DNA of 64,000 bases, from assembly GCA_043228905.1 (NCBI GenBank), contig JBHGNT010000011.1:5208001-5272000 (forward strand). Direction: 5' to 3'. Made by a program: the position numbers and the translations under genes. This document shows positions 49,660-60,300 of this stretch, piece after piece. The first letter of the stretch is position 1, and each line of letters starts with the position of its first letter. This DNA comes from Azolla caroliniana. Its lineage: Eukaryota; Plantae; Polypodiophyta. The notes beneath the pieces are model-generated. The model saw nothing but the letters and a program-made list of their open reading frames with translations, made no database searches and had not been told where the DNA came from.

Positions 49660-52600
49660 CCCACCCCCTCTGAACTTGCACATTGGTTGTGCAGAGTTCA
49701 TCCAACACTTCTTCCGATTCTTTTAGTTCTTCTACTTCTTCATAAAATTCAGGCTCTAATGACTCCCTCCTTTTAAATATTTTAATCCTTTTTCCTGCAA
49801 TTGGGATACGAATTTCTGTCCCATCTAATTCATTGAGGAAATATGTGGCTTTATCTGTTATTTTCCTAACTTCATAAGGTCCAAACCATCTTTTTGCAAA
49901 CTTCCGAATAGTACTGTATTGATTATCTAGGCTATTATCATATACTAATACCCAATCTCCCTCTTGCATCTTTCTTGGTCGTATTCTTTTCATCTTGTCA
50001 AATCTGTCCTTATTCTTGATTCTTGCCTCTTTCAATCTAGTAGCTGCTTTTTCTATGTCTTCTATCCTTGATTGAAGTTGTCGTATTCGAACCGCAAGTA
50101 AATCTTCCCTACTCATTTCTGATTCCCAAGGCAACACAGCCCATGTAGTTATCTTTTCTTCAATTGGCATTATTGGCTTCTGTCCTGTGATTAATTCTGC
50201 AGGCATATATCCAGTAACAGTGCTGTGAGTTGTCCTATCAGCCCATAGTGCATAGGGTAAGGTTTTTGGCCAATCACTAACCCGTCCTCTACATGCCTTT
50301 GCCAAAGCTTTGACTATTGGCCCATGTCCCCTTTCTACCTTTCCATTAGCTTCTGGATTGTACGCCGTTGTCAAAGAAAGCCGAATTCCTATTTTGTCGA
50401 AAAAATCTTGAGCTTCCGCAGAATTGAGTTCTCCCCTATCTGCCACTATCTTCCCGATACATCCATATCTACAAACAATGTCCTCCAAGATGAATTGACA
50501 TACTCCTAATGTCCCTTTTGTTCTCAATGAACGACCTTCCACTTGATTTGTTAGATCTTCTCTAGCAAGAACCAAGTATCTCTTTTGTCCTACTCCAAGT
50601 GGCATTGTTACCAAATCTATCATCCACTTGTAATGCACCCCCGGTGAGTATGTTGGGTGTAATTCATCACAAAATTTTACATTTGAATAATATTGACAAG
50701 TGGGACAAGTTTCCACATACTTTTTTATTTGCTCATAGTATCGAGGCCACCAAAATCGTTCTTTAATCTTACTGAAAGTGGCCCACACTCCTCGATGACC
50801 AGCCCATTCTTTGTCATGCAGCTCTTTGATTATCTCCTTTCTTTGCCCTTCAGAACCTATTACTCTTTGCGGGTTTCCAGTCTTGGTTTTCGGATGTCGC
50901 CATAGATATCCTTCATACAGGAAGAACTTATGGGCTTTCTTGCGAAACTGTGCGAACTCTTTTCTAGATCGACCTTTGTACTTGTCAGGGGTTTGTAGGT
51001 ATTTTCCTATTTCCTTGAATTCATCTTCATACTCCTCTTCTAGAAACTGCATTCCTCCTTCCCGAGTAATGCTTGTGGTAAGTACTGTTTGTTCTTTGTC
51101 CTCATCGTCCGAGTCTGGAATCTCCTCTTCCTCATACCTTGCTCTTGATAACATATCTGCTACTGCATTTCTATTCCCAGAGATATGTCGAACTTCAGGG
51201 TTGATTGATCTAATATAGATACACCATCTTAACATGGCTTGATCTGGAATATCACAATTAGCTATGATACCCAGAATAGGCAAACAATCTGTTTCTATTA
51301 TTACTTCAGCACCAATTAAGTAATCTCTGTCTGTCTTTACAGCTGTTACTATCCCCCATAGCTCTCTTTTCACCTGTGCATATTTTCTTTGTCGACCACT
51401 AAGAACCTTTGCCCCGAATCGGACTGGATACCTTTCTTCCCTATCTTGTTGGCTTATCACCCATCCAATTCCAATGGGACTAGAGTCTACTGTGAGATAT
51501 ATGGGCCGGGTGTAGTCTGGTTGCTTCAATGGTGGAGCTTGTGCCAAGTAGTACTTCAATTTCTTCATTGCCTCTGAATGCTCTTCACTCCATTCAAATG
51601 TCTCTCCTTTTCTTAGGAGTCTATATAAAGGTTCAGATAAATGGGCATAATGCGGAATCCATTTACAGTAAAAAACACATACCCCCAGAAATCTTCGTAC
51701 TTCTGAGATGGATGTACATTCCTCTTGCATATTTTGAATTGCATTGACTTTGGTTGGGGATGGCTTTCTCCCATACGGGCCACACATATGACCAACTATT
51801 AATATCTCTTTTGCCCCAAATATTGACTTCGCCCCTGATAAGGTCAAATGCACTTCTTCCATCCTTGATAGCACCTTCTCACAATCCTTGATATGATCAG
51901 CAACGAATTGACGGCAACCACTTTCGTCCAATTCCTCATTCTTCTCTTCCTCCTTGCATCCCTTAATTGGAACATCATCTAGAAAAGGCATTGTAATATG
52001 AGGAATAAAATCACGAAGTACCTTGTTCATTCCATTCATCATATGCGCCACTGAGTTGGTCGCTCCTTGCGGCAAGGTGCACATCCGTACTAACCCTATA
52101 GGTGTCTTGATAGAAGTTATATCTCGACTTTTGATAGCAAGTTGAAATTGATCATACCCGGAATAAAGGTCTCCCATTGAATATATAGCTTTTCCTGCAA
52201 ACATCTCAGCAAACTCATCCACAATTGGCCCTACTCCCGAGTTTCGGATTGTTACCTTATTCACGGGTTGCATATCTTGGATAAATCGGAGTCGCCCATC
52301 TTTCTTTAACACAGTGAACCATCGACTCGAGTAAGGAGCGTTCGATGGTTCCAAGATACCCATCCTTATCTTTTCTTTCAAAAGTTCTAATAGTTGAGGG
52401 ATTCTAGCCCTAGGCATGGGTATTGGCTTAAAGTTCCATGGAATATGAGGGATAGTGAATATAACCATGGGCTCCACAATTTCTGGATCCACACACCCTA
52501 TTTCTTCCGGTTGGAATGCGAACGCCTTTCCATGCCTTTTTAACATCTCCCTGAACTGCTTTTCTTCAGCGGGTAATAGGAAGTCACCCCCTCCTATTTT

Positions 52601-52903
52601 CATCCCTTGTATTGTTTCCGGAGTAAACACATGTCCTACCTTTCGTGGGTCTCTGATCATTGGCTCTGTGGCTGCTTCTTTGATTGCCTTTTCACTATCC
52701 CCTGGAAGTGGAGCAGCAATAGGACGAACCTTCTTCTCCACTGTCTTGTATTTTGTTAGTACATATGCTTCATGATCCTTTCGAGCAACTTCTTCAATGA
52801 CCTCATACATCTTGATTGAATGGACAGGAACTTGGATTTCGTTGTCTTCTTCCATTGCTTCCAAATGAGTTATTGTATCTTCAAAACTTAATTCTTCAAA
52901 CAT
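49652..52903 (-). CDS. Gypsy pol (RT, RNase H, integrase); frame is open back to 53110, probably reached by -1 frameshift
   Basis: 1083-aa ORF: DLYSGYDQF, LPQG, FLDD, VDSS, GHRG...CPTC, YNPEANGKVERGH, WFGPY. No chromodomain seen. Confidence 0.95.
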   Translation of the reverse strand: MFEELSFEDTITHLEAMEEDNEIQVPVHSIKMYEVIEEVARKDHEAYVLTKYKTVEKKVRPIAAPLPGDSEKAIKEAATEPMIRDPRKVGHVFTPETIQGMKIGGGDFLLPAEEKQFREMLKRHGKAFAFQPEEIGCVDPEIVEPMVIFTIPHIPWNFKPIPMPRARIPQLLELLKEKIRMGILEPSNAPYSSRWFTVLKKDGRLRFIQDMQPVNKVTIRNSGVGPIVDEFAEMFAGKAIYSMGDLYSGYDQFQLAIKSRDITSIKTPIGLVRMCTLPQGATNSVAHMMNGMNKVLRDFIPHITMPFLDDVPIKGCKEEEKNEELDESGCRQFVADHIKDCEKVLSRMEEVHLTLSGAKSIFGAKEILIVGHMCGPYGRKPSPTKVNAIQNMQEECTSISEVRRFLGVCVFYCKWIPHYAHLSEPLYRLLRKGETFEWSEEHSEAMKKLKYYLAQAPPLKQPDYTRPIYLTVDSSPIGIGWVISQQDREERYPVRFGAKVLSGRQRKYAQVKRELWGIVTAVKTDRDYLIGAEVIIETDCLPILGIIANCDIPDQAMLRWCIYIRSINPEVRHISGNRNAVADMLSRARYEEEEIPDSDDEDKEQTVLTTSITREGGMQFLEEEYEDEFKEIGKYLQTPDKYKGRSRKEFAQFRKKAHKFFLYEGYLWRHPKTKTGNPQRVIGSEGQRKEIIKELHDKEWAGHRGVWATFSKIKERFWWPRYYEQIKKYVETCPTCQYYSNVKFCDELHPTYSPGVHYKWMIDLVTMPLGVGQKRYLVLAREDLTNQVEGRSLRTKGTLGVCQFILEDIVCRYGCIGKIVADRGELNSAEAQDFFDKIGIRLSLTTAYNPEANGKVERGHGPIVKALAKACRGRVSDWPKTLPYALWADRTTHSTVTGYMPAELITGQKPIMPIEEKITTWAVLPWESEMSREDLLAVRIRQLQSRIEDIEKAATRLKEARIKNKDRFDKMKRIRPRKMQEGDWVLVYDNSLDNQYSTIRKFAKRWFGPYEVRKITDKATYFLNELDGTEIRIPIAGKRIKIFKRRESLEPEFYEEVEELKESEEVLDELCTTNVQVQRGWVS

Positions 52904-53106
52904 ATCCTGAATTTCTTCATCATCATCTATTAATCCAGAACACTTAAAGTACTCGAAAGCATTTTGTATTTTATTATTATTTACTTTTAGTATAAAAGTA
53001 GCACCATTAGATGAGATTGTACAAGGAATATCTTTATTTACATTATTATTTATGGGGTTTTCTTTTATGCTCGGGCTATCACAGCCCCTACCTGTAAAAG
53101 CCCTAT

Positions 53107-55221
53107 CTAAAAATCCTGGGAAAACTCTTCATCCATCTCTTGAATTGGATGTTCCCTCAAGCATTCTTTGTTTCTTTCATGGTTGGGCCTCACGGTTAAG
53201 AATTGGACAGTCTTTCTTCCATCTTGACTCTTGATTCTCGCGAAAGCCGAACCATCATCAATAACCTTTGTTTCCATCCTCACTGCGGTGATGTAGGGCT
53301 GGCCAAGGATGACGGGGTAGGTTGATCGATCCTGTACAAAGAAATTTTGATTCACCGAGACATCACCAATTGTTACCTTCACACTAGGACATGCTCCGAA
53401 TAGATCCTCCGTAGTTTCTGTGGCAGCTCTTATTTTCCACCCATGATTCTTGTCGATCGGCCATCGTCCTCGAGCGTAAAATTCCGATGACATCATGTTA
53501 ATCTCTGATCCATGATCGATCAAAGCAATACATGGAATTTGCTGCTCCCCAATTTTTGCAGGTGCCTCCGTTGTTGCTCGAGCCCAATGGTCCCTTGTAT
53601 AGTGACTCCTATCCCCTTCATGGACGCCAACATCATTCTGGTTTTTTACACTTGCAGCATTGATGGTGCCACCATACAAATCTTGGAGTGTTGCTGCACA
53701 CCCTCCCGTAATTTCCTCCGTCACCTGTCTCTTCCTTCTAATAATATCTATGATAACTTCATGAAATTCTTTCTTTGCTATACCCAACACTTCTCTTAAA
53801 GTAAATTCTACCTTACTATTTAATATTCTTGTTTCTAGTACCTTTTTTATATCCGTCGTTGTTTCTATGTCTGAGGCAAGCTTGAAAGATGGGCCTGTCT
53901 TTCCTTTTACTTTATCAGCTTCCTTCGGCTCAATAGCACCCTTTTCCATCTCCCTTCTCTTTTGTTCTCGTGTCTCATGTCTCTTTGTCGGATCAGCTTC
54001 CTCAGCTCTCTTCCGCTTCTCTTCCACTAGCACATCTTGTGCATTCACTTGGGCGAATGCTGATAGCGCGTCTACTGGATCATTCCATCCAGTGAAGTTT
54101 CGTATTTCATCTCCCGCTCTTTTTAATTCATCCACTCGAACCTTCCCTTTTCTTGCATAGTCCATCACATCTTGCCAAAAGCCAGATCCACCATATGAGT
54201 CTTCTACGCGCAATCCTAAGGTTGCCACGGATTGTATCGCTTGAGTCGTTTCTCTCTCGGCATCTTCCATTAGCCTTTTCATTCCTCCTCGCCCGAAGTT
54301 GAGTTGAAGTGGTTGTCGAGTCTCAGTTGAGTGAATCTTGCCATCTTGATAGTAGATTTTATTATGATTAAGAGCATCCCTATGCTCTTGACAATCTTTC
54401 TTCTGGTGGTCGATACTATCACACCACATACACCTTCGGACCATTCCACCTCCCTGCCTTGATGAAGTCGAGCTTTGTCCCGATTCTAGCTTCGTCACTT
54501 TGATCGACAAGTCTTTCATGCCTTTCACTAATTCGTGTAAGAGTGATTCTTCTACTTTCTTTTCTCCCGACTCGTTCCCCGTTTCTTCATCATTTCTGTC
54601 GGGCAACTCCATAAACCATAACTTTCTTTTGCAGAAATGGGCGCACGCCCTTTTCACCTCCTCCCAATCTTCGGTAAGTCCACTTGGACTATTCTGATCT
54701 TCTAAAAGCATTCCCAAGTCCTTCCTGTCTTTAATATTAGTAGCTTGTAGAAACAATATTACTTTATCTGGCATTATTATATTTCTATCTCTAACACTTA
54801 GTTGCTCAAATCTTTCAGAAAACTCTTTTAATACTTCCAAAACACTTAAATGTTTATTAGACTCTACCCAATCCATGAAAGCTCGCCTTGTCATCCTTGA
54901 CATATCGTTGAGGTTGTATTCATTGAGTAATGCCCTTTCGAATGTTGTCCATGTCTGATTCTCCCTTTGGAGCTCTTGGATCCTCTCTTGTAGCCCAATC
55001 GCAGCGACTCGACTAAAGCTATTAATTTTTGTAGCTTCGTCGACACCGCGTTTAAGCATTTCTTCATTATAAATCTTCAGAAATCTTGTTAAATTTATAC
55101 CTTCGAAGATTCCTACTCGTGCGAGAATATTGTCGACGGCTTTGTCGATGCTTGCCATCATCCCTTGTTCCCGCATCACTCGTTCCATCATCGTACACAT
55201 AAGCCTCATTTGCTCCTCCAT
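53107..55221 (-). CDS. Gypsy gag-protease polyprotein
   Basis: 704-aa ORF with Zn knuckle CMWCDSIDHQKKDC and aspartic protease LIDHGSEIN...VILGQPY. Confidence 0.93.
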   Translation of the reverse strand: MEEQMRLMCTMMERVMREQGMMASIDKAVDNILARVGIFEGINLTRFLKIYNEEMLKRGVDEATKINSFSRVAAIGLQERIQELQRENQTWTTFERALLNEYNLNDMSRMTRRAFMDWVESNKHLSVLEVLKEFSERFEQLSVRDRNIIMPDKVILFLQATNIKDRKDLGMLLEDQNSPSGLTEDWEEVKRACAHFCKRKLWFMELPDRNDEETGNESGEKKVEESLLHELVKGMKDLSIKVTKLESGQSSTSSRQGGGMVRRCMWCDSIDHQKKDCQEHRDALNHNKIYYQDGKIHSTETRQPLQLNFGRGGMKRLMEDAERETTQAIQSVATLGLRVEDSYGGSGFWQDVMDYARKGKVRVDELKRAGDEIRNFTGWNDPVDALSAFAQVNAQDVLVEEKRKRAEEADPTKRHETREQKRREMEKGAIEPKEADKVKGKTGPSFKLASDIETTTDIKKVLETRILNSKVEFTLREVLGIAKKEFHEVIIDIIRRKRQVTEEITGGCAATLQDLYGGTINAASVKNQNDVGVHEGDRSHYTRDHWARATTEAPAKIGEQQIPCIALIDHGSEINMMSSEFYARGRWPIDKNHGWKIRAATETTEDLFGACPSVKVTIGDVSVNQNFFVQDRSTYPVILGQPYITAVRMETKVIDDGSAFARIKSQDGRKTVQFLTVRPNHERNKECLREHPIQEMDEEFSQDF

Positions 55222-55238
55222 TTCTCCTCGTCGCCGCT

Positions 55239-55256
55239 TTCACGTCGGGTTCACCA
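55239..55256 (-). other. Primer-binding site complementary to the tRNA-Trp 3' end
   Basis: TGGTGAACCCGACGTGAA, 4 nt from the 5' LTR; same sequence at 31326-31343. tRNA identity is from recall of plant tRNA-Trp (...TTCACGTCGGGTTCACCA). Confidence 0.85.
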
Positions 55257-55260
55257 AATG

Positions 55261-55399
55261 TGTCGGGGTAGTTGTGGTTCGTGCGGCGAAGTCGCGGGGA
55301 CTAAGGTTAAGGGGAGTTGAAGAAACTTAAGTTTAATAAGGCTTGTATGGTGATGATAGAATGTTTAAGGATAGTAAGATGAAGAGTTACAAGTAATGT

Positions 55400-55464
<65 letters not shown>

Positions 55465-56236
55465 GAGCATAGATAAAAGATAGAGACAATGTGTGATTCA
55501 AGAAAGAAGATTGAGACAAAGTATGATTCTAGAAAGAAGATTGAGACAAAGTATGATTCAAAGAACAAGAGTATATGATATAAGCATGATGTATATTAAA
55601 AATATAATATTTTACCAACTTTACAATCCTTGATCGCAAGATGAATCTTCTCAATACCGACCCTTGATTTGAACCCTCGACCTCCACTTTGAAACGAGAG
55701 GTTCTCCACCCAACGAGCTAATCTTCTTTACTTGCTTCTATTATTTTCTCACTCTCTCTTCTTTGATTCCTTGATTCCCTTTTGTTTTCCTTTCCTCTCT
55801 TTTTATAAGTATTTCCATGCATATGGTAATGTCATGCATGTAATGCATGAGTTTCATCTTATGCATGATCGCCATTTGGCGCACATGCATTGCATGTGAT
55901 GCATGATAGCCATCATGCTCATTTGAGCTCCCATGTATTGGGATAAGTATAATGATGGATATAACCCTAAAACAAATAACCTAGCTTAGTGGTGTATGGT
56001 TTGTGCTTGATATACAAGGTTGAGGGTTCAAGTTCCTCAATTTTACTTAATACAATATATAGCTTCATTCTTATATCATGAAGCACATTTATTACACACT
56101 TTTACAAATAAATAGCCTAGCCTAGTGGTATGTACATTGTACATCGTATATAAGGATGTGGGTTCAAGTCTCTCAAATATTATTAAATACAACATTTAAG
56201 CTCATTTTTATATCGTGAAGCACATTCTTCACGACA
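55261..56236 (-). repeat. 5' LTR of element G
   Basis: Direct repeat of 48672-49659. Confidence 0.97.
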
Positions 56237-56742
56237 ACGGGCCTTCACAAGAAACGACATGGCAACTAGACCAAGAAGAGGAAGCCCCCACCCCACCAGC
56301 AACGAGGATAGATATCGACCACGAGCTTGATTTCTCGGCCAAGCAGACACCACAGAACGAGCCGCAACCTACTATCTCGGCAGCTACGATATAGGAAACA
56401 ACCGTACACCCAACCTCCGAAGGCATCCTCGACATCTTGACCGAGGGATGAGTCTACCATAAAAATTTTGCGGATCTCTTTTTTCAATTATGGTGGGTTC
56501 GACGTGCGCATGCATTGTCGCACGGGCGTGCCAAGTGTTGTCTGTGGGACAGATCGGTAATTTGGGTATGAAACGAATTTGGATGTAAGTGAAGTAAGCA
56601 ACCGTAATAGGGAAGGTCGTGAAGATAATGCAACCATGAAACATGGAACCAAAATGAGTAAAGACTGAAGCACGCCAAGCGGGGAAAGCAAACTATAAAA
56701 CGTGAAGTAGAAACGTAACAAAGTAGAGGACAGAAGAGAGAA

Positions 56743-57394
56743 TGTTAGGAAATAGGTCCCTCCGGATGGGAAGTAAGAAGAATAGTGTTGATGAACAACT
56801 TGGCCGAGGCCGAATCCGGATGTGGAGTACCCGGCAATGGAAGACCCGGTGAGAACCGGATGACGAGTACCCGGCATGGAAGACCCTGTGAGAACCGGAT
56901 GTTGCAGGCCCAGTGAGACCTCTCATCGGATGGAAGGGACATATATGTAAATATGTTCCAGAGAGCCCACTGGGGCTATATTTGTAAATAGCCCGAAAGT
57001 CATATTAGTATAAATATGACCTAGGGCAAACTTAATAATCACGATGATAGAGTTATTGGTGTAACCTCTGTACAGTGCGTAAGAGAGAGAGAGAGAGAGA
57101 GAGCAACATACAGAGATTGTGTCTCTGTTGTAACCGCCGCAAGGCGAAGATTGTGAGCAAGATGTCGTTGCCTCTATGGTCCCTGTTGTATTACTTTACA
57201 GAGTGATAGTTTGGAGTCTGTGGACTCCCGTGGTTTTTCCCTCTCAGGGTTTTCCACGTTAATATCCTGTGTATTCTCTTTCTGTTTTTTGTCGACTTAC
57301 CTCCATTCCCATTTAGTCTGTGGTTTTTTTTTACTGTCATCAAGTGATCTACGCTTCGGTTGTTGCCGGAGATTAATCTGCGTATTCCACGATA
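56743..57394 (+). mobile_element. Solo LTR (probably Copia) inserted in the 3' LTR of element F
   Basis: Absent from the F 5' LTR. 5-bp TSD GAGAA (56738-56742, 57395-57399). Starts TGTTAGG. Contains a ~40-bp tandem repeat at 56825-56901 and a Tnt1-like GTGGTTTTTCC...GGGTTTTCCACGTT motif. Confidence 0.88.
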
Positions 57395-60300
57395 GAGAAG
57401 AGTAGGCCCTAGTTAGAATAGAGTACTCAAGAATGTAGAATATCTGCTCATATTTTCTATTGTAATTTTTGGGCCTGCACCATGTAATCACTATTCCGTA
57501 TTACGTAAAAAACATCTAGTTTTGGGTCAAATCTGGTTTGTGTCTTAAGTGCATTTCTAAATAATAACTTCTCGGATTACAATCGGGTTTTTATGGCTAA
57601 CCAATCGTTTCTGGCTACAAATCGGATTGCCGAGCAATCCCTTCCTCACCTTGACCTCCACCACGTACCACAGTCCCTTGATCTGATTACCATAGGAGTA
57701 ATCAAGGGTGTTGCTTCCAAGAAGGTGACAAATCCGCAATCACTTGTCCTACACACACCTACCTGCAGAACACTTCTTCCAAGAGAAATTGGCATACTGC
57801 ATAACATGTGTTGCTTTGTATCGCCTGACCTTCTACTTGGTTAGTCAGATCCTCCCGAGATAACACCAAGTACTTCTTTTGTCCGATCCCGGTTGGCATG
57901 GCCACGTTGTCGACCATCCATTTAAAGTTGACTGTCGGTGAGAATGTCGTATGTAATTTGTCCCAATGTTCAATTCCGAAGTAGATTTGACATTTCCTGC
58001 AACTTCCTGTGAACTCTGCCACATCCTTATACATATTCTTCCACCAATATTTTTGTTTGATTTTTGCAAAATGTTGCCAATGTTCCCCAATGTCCAGCCC
58101 AATCAGATTCATGGAATTTGGATATTACCTGTTTCTTTTGTTCCTTTGTGCCAACTACCCGAAGTGGTATGTCATACGGTCTTTTCGGCTCCCTCCAGAT
58201 TAATCCATTGTTCAAGAAGAACATCCGGACTTGCTGTTTCTTCTTTCGGATATCGACTATCTTTTCTTTATTGTCCGATGATTCCATGATTTCTTGTAGC
58301 ACTTTCCCAATCAGCAAGCTTTCTCCCTCATATTCATTGTCCCAAAACTTCCGAATTACCTTTACCCAACATATTTGCTCCAAAGTAAAGTAATCTTCGG
58401 AAACTTCTTCATTATCCGATTCGACTATGTCATCTTCGAACTGGGCCCTTGATAACATATCCACTACTTTGTTGCCTTTTCCTGAGATGTGTCGAGCCTC
58501 CGGATTAAGTGACTTAACATATGCAATCCATCTTAGCATAGCCACATCCGGTACCGTGCAACATCGCATCATCCTGAGTATTGGAAGACAATCCGTTTCG
58601 ATCACTACGCCGGCTCCGATTAAATAATCTCAATCCGATTTTATTGCCGACACGACTCCCCTTAATTCTCTTTTTACTTGTGCATATCCGCATTTCCTTT
58701 CGTTGAGAACCTTTGCTCCGAATTGAATCAGATATCATGAACCATCTGAGTCTTGGTTGATGACCCATCCGATCCCGGTTGGACGTGTATCAACCGTTAC
58801 TATGATTGGTCGGTCATAGTTCAGCTTCTTAAGTGCTTCTGCCCTCCGTAATGTTTTCTTGAGCTTTTTCACGACTTTGATATGTTCCGCTCTCCATTCA
58901 AACTTCTTACCCTTCCACAACAAGTGATAGAGTGGGTCTGCAATGTGTGCATAGTGCGGAATCCATATGTGATAAAATGCACATGCACCAAGAAACTGAC
59001 GGACTTCGGCCGTAGGTCCAACATAGATATCCAACTACCAGTATCTCTTCTTGTCCAAATGCCGATTTCTCTCTGGAGAGTGTTAACTGCACATCTTCTA
59101 ACTTCGGTGGCACTTTCTCACAGTCATGAATATTCTCATCCCCGATCATCCATATTCTCATCCTTTTCTTCCACCACACATCCTTTCATCGGAATGTCAT
59201 CTAGGAACGACAATGTTATCTCCGGAATGTTGTCTCGAAGCACCTTGTTCATTGCATTCATCATATGTGCGATCGAATTCGTCACTCTGTGTGGAGTGTA
59301 CACATCCGGACTAATCCTATCTATGTTCGCATTGTAGTCATATCTCGGCTATCCATGGCTAGTTAAAATTGGTCATATCTAGAGTATAGGTCTCCGATAG
59401 AGTATATCGCACGTTCGGCAAACGCATCCGCAAATTCATCCACTATCGGACCGACTCCGGAGTTCCGGATTGTGACGTTGTTCGCCGGTTGCAAATCTTG
59501 AATGAACCGGAGTGACCCATTTTTCCTCGGAATCGTAAACCATCAATTTGAGTATGGAGCATTTGATGGCTCTAGAATCCCCATCGCCACGTTCTCCTTG
59601 AGCAAGTCAATGATTTTCGGAATATGCATCTGTCGCACTGGAATCTGCTTTAGGTTCCACAACACATGTTCAATCGTGAAGATCACCATCAACTCCACTA
59701 TCTTTGGATCAATGCACCCTATCTCTCTTGATGTAAATGCGAATTCTTTTCCACCGATCCAGAGTTCCTTCCAGGTCTCATTTGTGAAGGTATGTCTGAT
59801 ATCCACGGACTTTTGACGTGCGGGATCTGCCGAGACTTCTTTCCTCTTTTGTTCACTATTGGCAGGTAACGGTCCCGTAGATGGTTTTACCTTCTTTTCT
59901 ACAATCATCTATTTCGTACATACCGTTGCTTCTTCTTTGCGGAGCACATCCGGCCCCATTTTCACAATGATCTTGTACATTTCGACTGATTCCACCGGAA
60001 CTACCGGATCTCCCTGGCTAATCTCTTCCACAAGCTCTTCAAGTCATTGTAGCAAGCTTCCATAGAACACTTCTTCGACTACTCCCATGATTTCTTCGTC
60101 TTCTTTTATGATTGATGCAGGCCGTTGCTCATCTTGCATCTTCCGGAATTCTTTCTTTATTTCGCTGGTCACGACCATGTACGTAGACTCCCCATCCGGA
60201 CTGATTCGCACTTGTTTCGCTCCAAGAATTTTCTTCCTATGTGGGGTATCAGGGCTTCTTGGACTATCACTTCCCCACTCCGCAGTAGTTTGCTTTAAAA

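Larger units (their letters stand above)
48672..56236 (-). mobile_element. Intact, very recent Ty3/Gypsy LTR retrotransposon (G)
   Basis: LTRs 48672-49659 and 55261-56236 appear identical apart from 12 bp of microsatellite. TSD ACGG. PBS 55239-55256; PPT 49660-49670. Two uninterrupted ORFs. Confidence 0.98.
39243..57730 (+). mobile_element. Degenerate non-chromoviral Ty3/Gypsy element (F; Tat/Athila/Selgy-like) with an extra 3' ORF
   Basis: LTRs 39243-39783 (TGTTGTCT...AGACAACA) and 56536-57730 (split by a solo LTR). PBS TGGCACGCCCAG at 39789. Gag ~39800-41400, PR IIDGGSS ~41820, RT SFLDGFSGYNQI, RH FVDASN, INT WGLDFV...TDYCTKWVEAKAL. Confidence 0.92.
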
